A DNA stretch of 64,000 bases from Marsupella aquatica. Its lineage: Eukaryota; Plantae; Marchantiophyta. The stretch covers positions 18,280,357 to 18,344,356 of the forward strand of contig OZ316892.1 of NCBI GenBank assembly GCA_973895155.1, in the 5' to 3' direction. Made by a program: the position numbers and the translations under genes. Of the stretch, positions 61,004-64,000 are shown piece by piece (the stretch's first letter is position 1; every line of letters begins with the position of its first letter). Under the pieces are notes generated by a model. The model was not told the origin of the DNA. It did no database searches and was given only the letters and a program-made list of their open reading frames with translations.

Positions 61004-64000
61004 ATGACATCTTTTCCGGGAGGAATGGCAGGAACAAGCTTCTGGTCCAGGTCATCCCAGCCACGTTTCAAATCCGCAATGGTCAGTCACGAGAGAATTA
61101 TTTTTCCTCTGAATGTCTGGGTCATTTTCGTCATGGTCATGCTGTGTGCCGAAACAAAAGCATTCGGTGCAAGTGCAGCAGCACCAACATCAGAATTCCA
61201 TGTTCATCCAGCCACAGGCAGGATCCATGACAGCTATGGCAGGGAGCGCCTTTTCCACGGCCTCAACGTGGTCGTCAAGGGTTCGCCATGGCACCCTCGC
61301 GTCGACGCTTTCGATCCGCAATCCTCCTTCACAGACGAGGACATCGCACTGCTGCAAGAATGGGGCATGAACGTCGTCCGCCTGGGAATTATGTGGCCAG
61401 GCGTGGAGCCCAACAGAGGGTATGTGAACGCCACCTATCTCGAGCTCATGCGCTCCATCGTCAGCAAGCTTCACTCCGCGGGCATCTATACTCTTCTAGA
61501 GTTCCACCAGGACCTCTATGCCTCCCAGTTCTGCGGGGAAGGGCTGCCTTCTTGGATTCTTGACGACAACGACCTGAGCCTGAGGCAGCAACCTCTCGTC
61601 CACGTCCATCAGAGACAAAATCCTTCTTCAATTCTCCATTTCAATCCAGTAGATCAAAATGCTACAAACTCCGAGGAAAAGGAGAATCATCAAAAAACCG
61701 TCACCAACACTTCGCCAGGGCAATCACCTGGAATACCTTCACCACCACCACCATCGGCCAGGCTACTGTTTAGGGGCGAGGAGGGGCAGGTTGAAAGTCG
61801 GAAGCCACAGTCGACCAAGATGAGATACCCAGCATCGTTCCCGGAGCCCCTGGGCAGGAGATGGCCGTGGCCTTCAGAGTGGGAGCAAGATGGGTGGGAG
61901 CCTCCGGTTGAACTCTGCAATACGCACGCATGGTGGTTGTTCTACCTGTCTTACGCCGTCTCTCGAGCATTTCAGGACCTCTACGACAACAAGTGGGGCT
62001 GGGGAGACTCACTTGCTAGGTAAGCAATGCACTCCAATCCCATTCTTTACGTCTGCTGCTGCAGTGCTGCTCTCGTAGCTGCACGCGTGCAACCTCCCGT
62101 TTGATAGATGATTCTTTCGTTCTTCCGGCAGCAGCTTTCTAAAACCCTCCTGTATATCTCTAGGGATTCTTTCAAGGGTTTTAACGTAGATTGCGAGGAC
62201 TTGATTGAGCGTACTGAAAAAGGCTGAGAGGACTCAAATTGGCATGCTAACGAATTGGAGAGGTTGGGAGGCTACAATTGAGCTTAGTTAGGAAGAGGTG
62301 AGAACCCGATGCAGCGTACTTAGCAGAGGCAGTGGGGACACGAAGCAGAGATTGTGAGAACCCAATTGAGCATTCGTAGTACAGGCTGTGAGGATAAAAT
62401 TAAGCATACTTACCAAAGACTGTGGGTACCCAATTGAGCACTCTAAGCAGCGGGTGTGAGAACCCAATTGAGCATACTTAACAGAGGCTATGAGAACCCA
62501 GTTGAGCTTCTCGGTGCAAAAGGTTGTGAGGACTCAATTGAGCAGAGTCGCAGTAGGCTGTGGGTTCCCAATTGAGCAAACTTACCGGAGGCTGTGAGGA
62601 CCTGATAGAGTTAGCTAAATGTTGCGAAACATCTAAGGAGCATAATGAGCATAGACTGAGGACCACATCGACCATCCTTCTCAGACAAATTTAGTTCATT
62701 CCGAGTTGGCTGACAATACTAGTTAACCATTTTCTGACCAATTCCTTGTCCTTCGACCCTTTCTAATCCAGTAAAATATCCACTCACTGGGAATACTTGT
62801 AACAAAGGACCAGAATGAATTTAAGTCGGCACCGAAAACCGTGTGATTTTGAGGCGAGTGTGAATTGCTGGAATGAATATTGCTGAGGCTGATTTAGTGA
62901 GAGCATATCTTGGTTAGGTACTGGACCGTTGTTGCTGGAGCATTCAAGGATCAACCGGGCGTTCTGGGCTACGAACTCATGAACGAGCCGTGGCCCGGAG
63001 ACGTATTCTCCAACCCGCTCCTCTTCCTTCCCGGCGTAGCAGACAAAAAAAATCTGGCTCCCTTCTACGAAAAACTCCAAGCTGCTGTCAGGTCCGTGGA
63101 CAGGGAAAGAATCCTCTTTTTCGAGACCATCACCTTCGACAATTTCCGCTGCGGATGGTCCACTGTGCCGGGAGGAGACGAGTGGCAGAACAAAACAGTC
63201 CTGAGCTACCATTACTACACCCCTCCTAACTTCTCTCCCAAGCAGGCGTTTGCGGAACGGGCCAGGGAGAGCAAGAGGCTCGGATGCGGATCTATGCTCA
63301 CAGAGTTTTTTGTGTCTACCGGGCAAGACTTACGACACCAAAATGATTTCCCGAAGGCGCGGAGAGATATACTTCGAAGGGCCTTTGGGACGGAGGTGCT
63401 GGGCCCCATCCTCAGCGCAGAGAAAGAGGCTATGTTCTGTGACCCAGCTGGAGAAGGCTCTTCAGACGTGAGGTGTAGTAAGAAAAGGAGGCGAGCTTTT
63501 GAAGAAGATTTAGAAAGTAGGTTGGAAGAGGAGATCATGCAAACTGAAGGACGAGATGTGAAAAACGATCTGAAAAGTAGTCAGGGGAAACCATTTGTGG
63601 CTAATGACAAGGACGTGCAAACGAAGAGCTCAAAAGAGGTAGATTCTGTGGATGGAGTCCTGTCGGCAGCTGATACTTACGTTCAATCCTGGATCGGATG
63701 GGAGTACAAGGCCTTCTTCCACAAAACGGGCTCTATTGCGGAGCAATCGTTGTTCCGCAAAGATGGAGAACTGGATCAAAGCCTGGCGAAGAAGCTGAGC
63801 CGTACCTACCCTCAAAGTGTCTCTGGAAACATCATCGCCTTCACATTTGACCCTCCCTCATCTTTGTTTTCGTTTTCCTATGTTGCTGGGCGCGATTGCA
63901 TGACTGGAGACAGGTCGACCCCCACTGAGATTTTCGTCCATAGAGAGTTCTATTACCCGAACGGATTGCTCGTAGAACTAACCCCTCCGTGTGCATCCTT
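61004..64000 (+). CDS. Glycoside hydrolase family 5 endoglycoceramidase-like protein, partial; exons 61004-62019 and 62918->64000
   Basis: Signal-peptide-like segment, then GRERLFHGLNVVVK, WGMNVVRLGIMWPGVEP, LLEFHQD, GEGLPSW | acid/base GYELMNEPWPGD, LFFE, LSYHYY, nucleophile MLTEF, QSWIGWEYK and LSRTYPQSVSG. The frame stays open to the window end. Confidence 0.92.
62215..62615. repeat. Intronic minisatellite, ~34-bp period, roughly 10-12 degenerate copies
   Basis: Recurring gctgtgagaacccaattgagca followed by a variable ~12-14-bp segment. Confidence 0.85.

Noticed and set aside
62215-62615. CRISPR-like repeat/spacer appearance
   Set aside because: Repeats are degenerate, linkers are only ~12-14 bp and related to each other, there are no cas genes, and the array lies in a spliceosomal intron.
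21355-64000. Lipid/phosphate-remodelling gene cluster (HSA32/ComA-like, kinase, G3P permease, rhodanese, EGCase)
   Set aside because: The genes are spread over 40 kb with TE islands between them, no coherent pathway links them, and there is no co-regulation evidence in the sequence.

Overview
Eukaryotic, intron-rich land-plant genomic DNA. A bryophyte (probably a liverwort) is my inference from gene content. Seven protein-coding genes can be reconstructed by hand from GT-AG splicing: a THA8-like short PPR protein (+), an RNA polymerase IV/V largest subunit (-), an HSA32/ComA-like heat-stress protein (+), an APH/choline/ecdysteroid-kinase-like phosphotransferase (-), a glycerol-3-phosphate permease of the MFS/SLC37 type (-), a TrhO/STR8 rhodanese-domain protein (-) and a GH5 endoglycoceramidase-like enzyme (+, runs off the window end). 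The 35.6-48.6 kb interval is a transposon-rich island with two related solo LTRs, a fold-back MITE family, a SINE-like head and a degraded C11orf68/DUF1917 gene fragment. The most striking observation is the polymerase subunit. It combines Pol IV (NRPD1)-type marks (C[KR]YC box followed by YP, GDFDGDCLH active site) with a Pol V (NRPE1)-type GW/WG-rich Argonaute-hook tail plus DeCL domain, and it carries a ~220-aa disordered insert in the clamp-head zinc site. Exon boundaries and family assignments come from manual reading and recalled motifs; no database searches were run.
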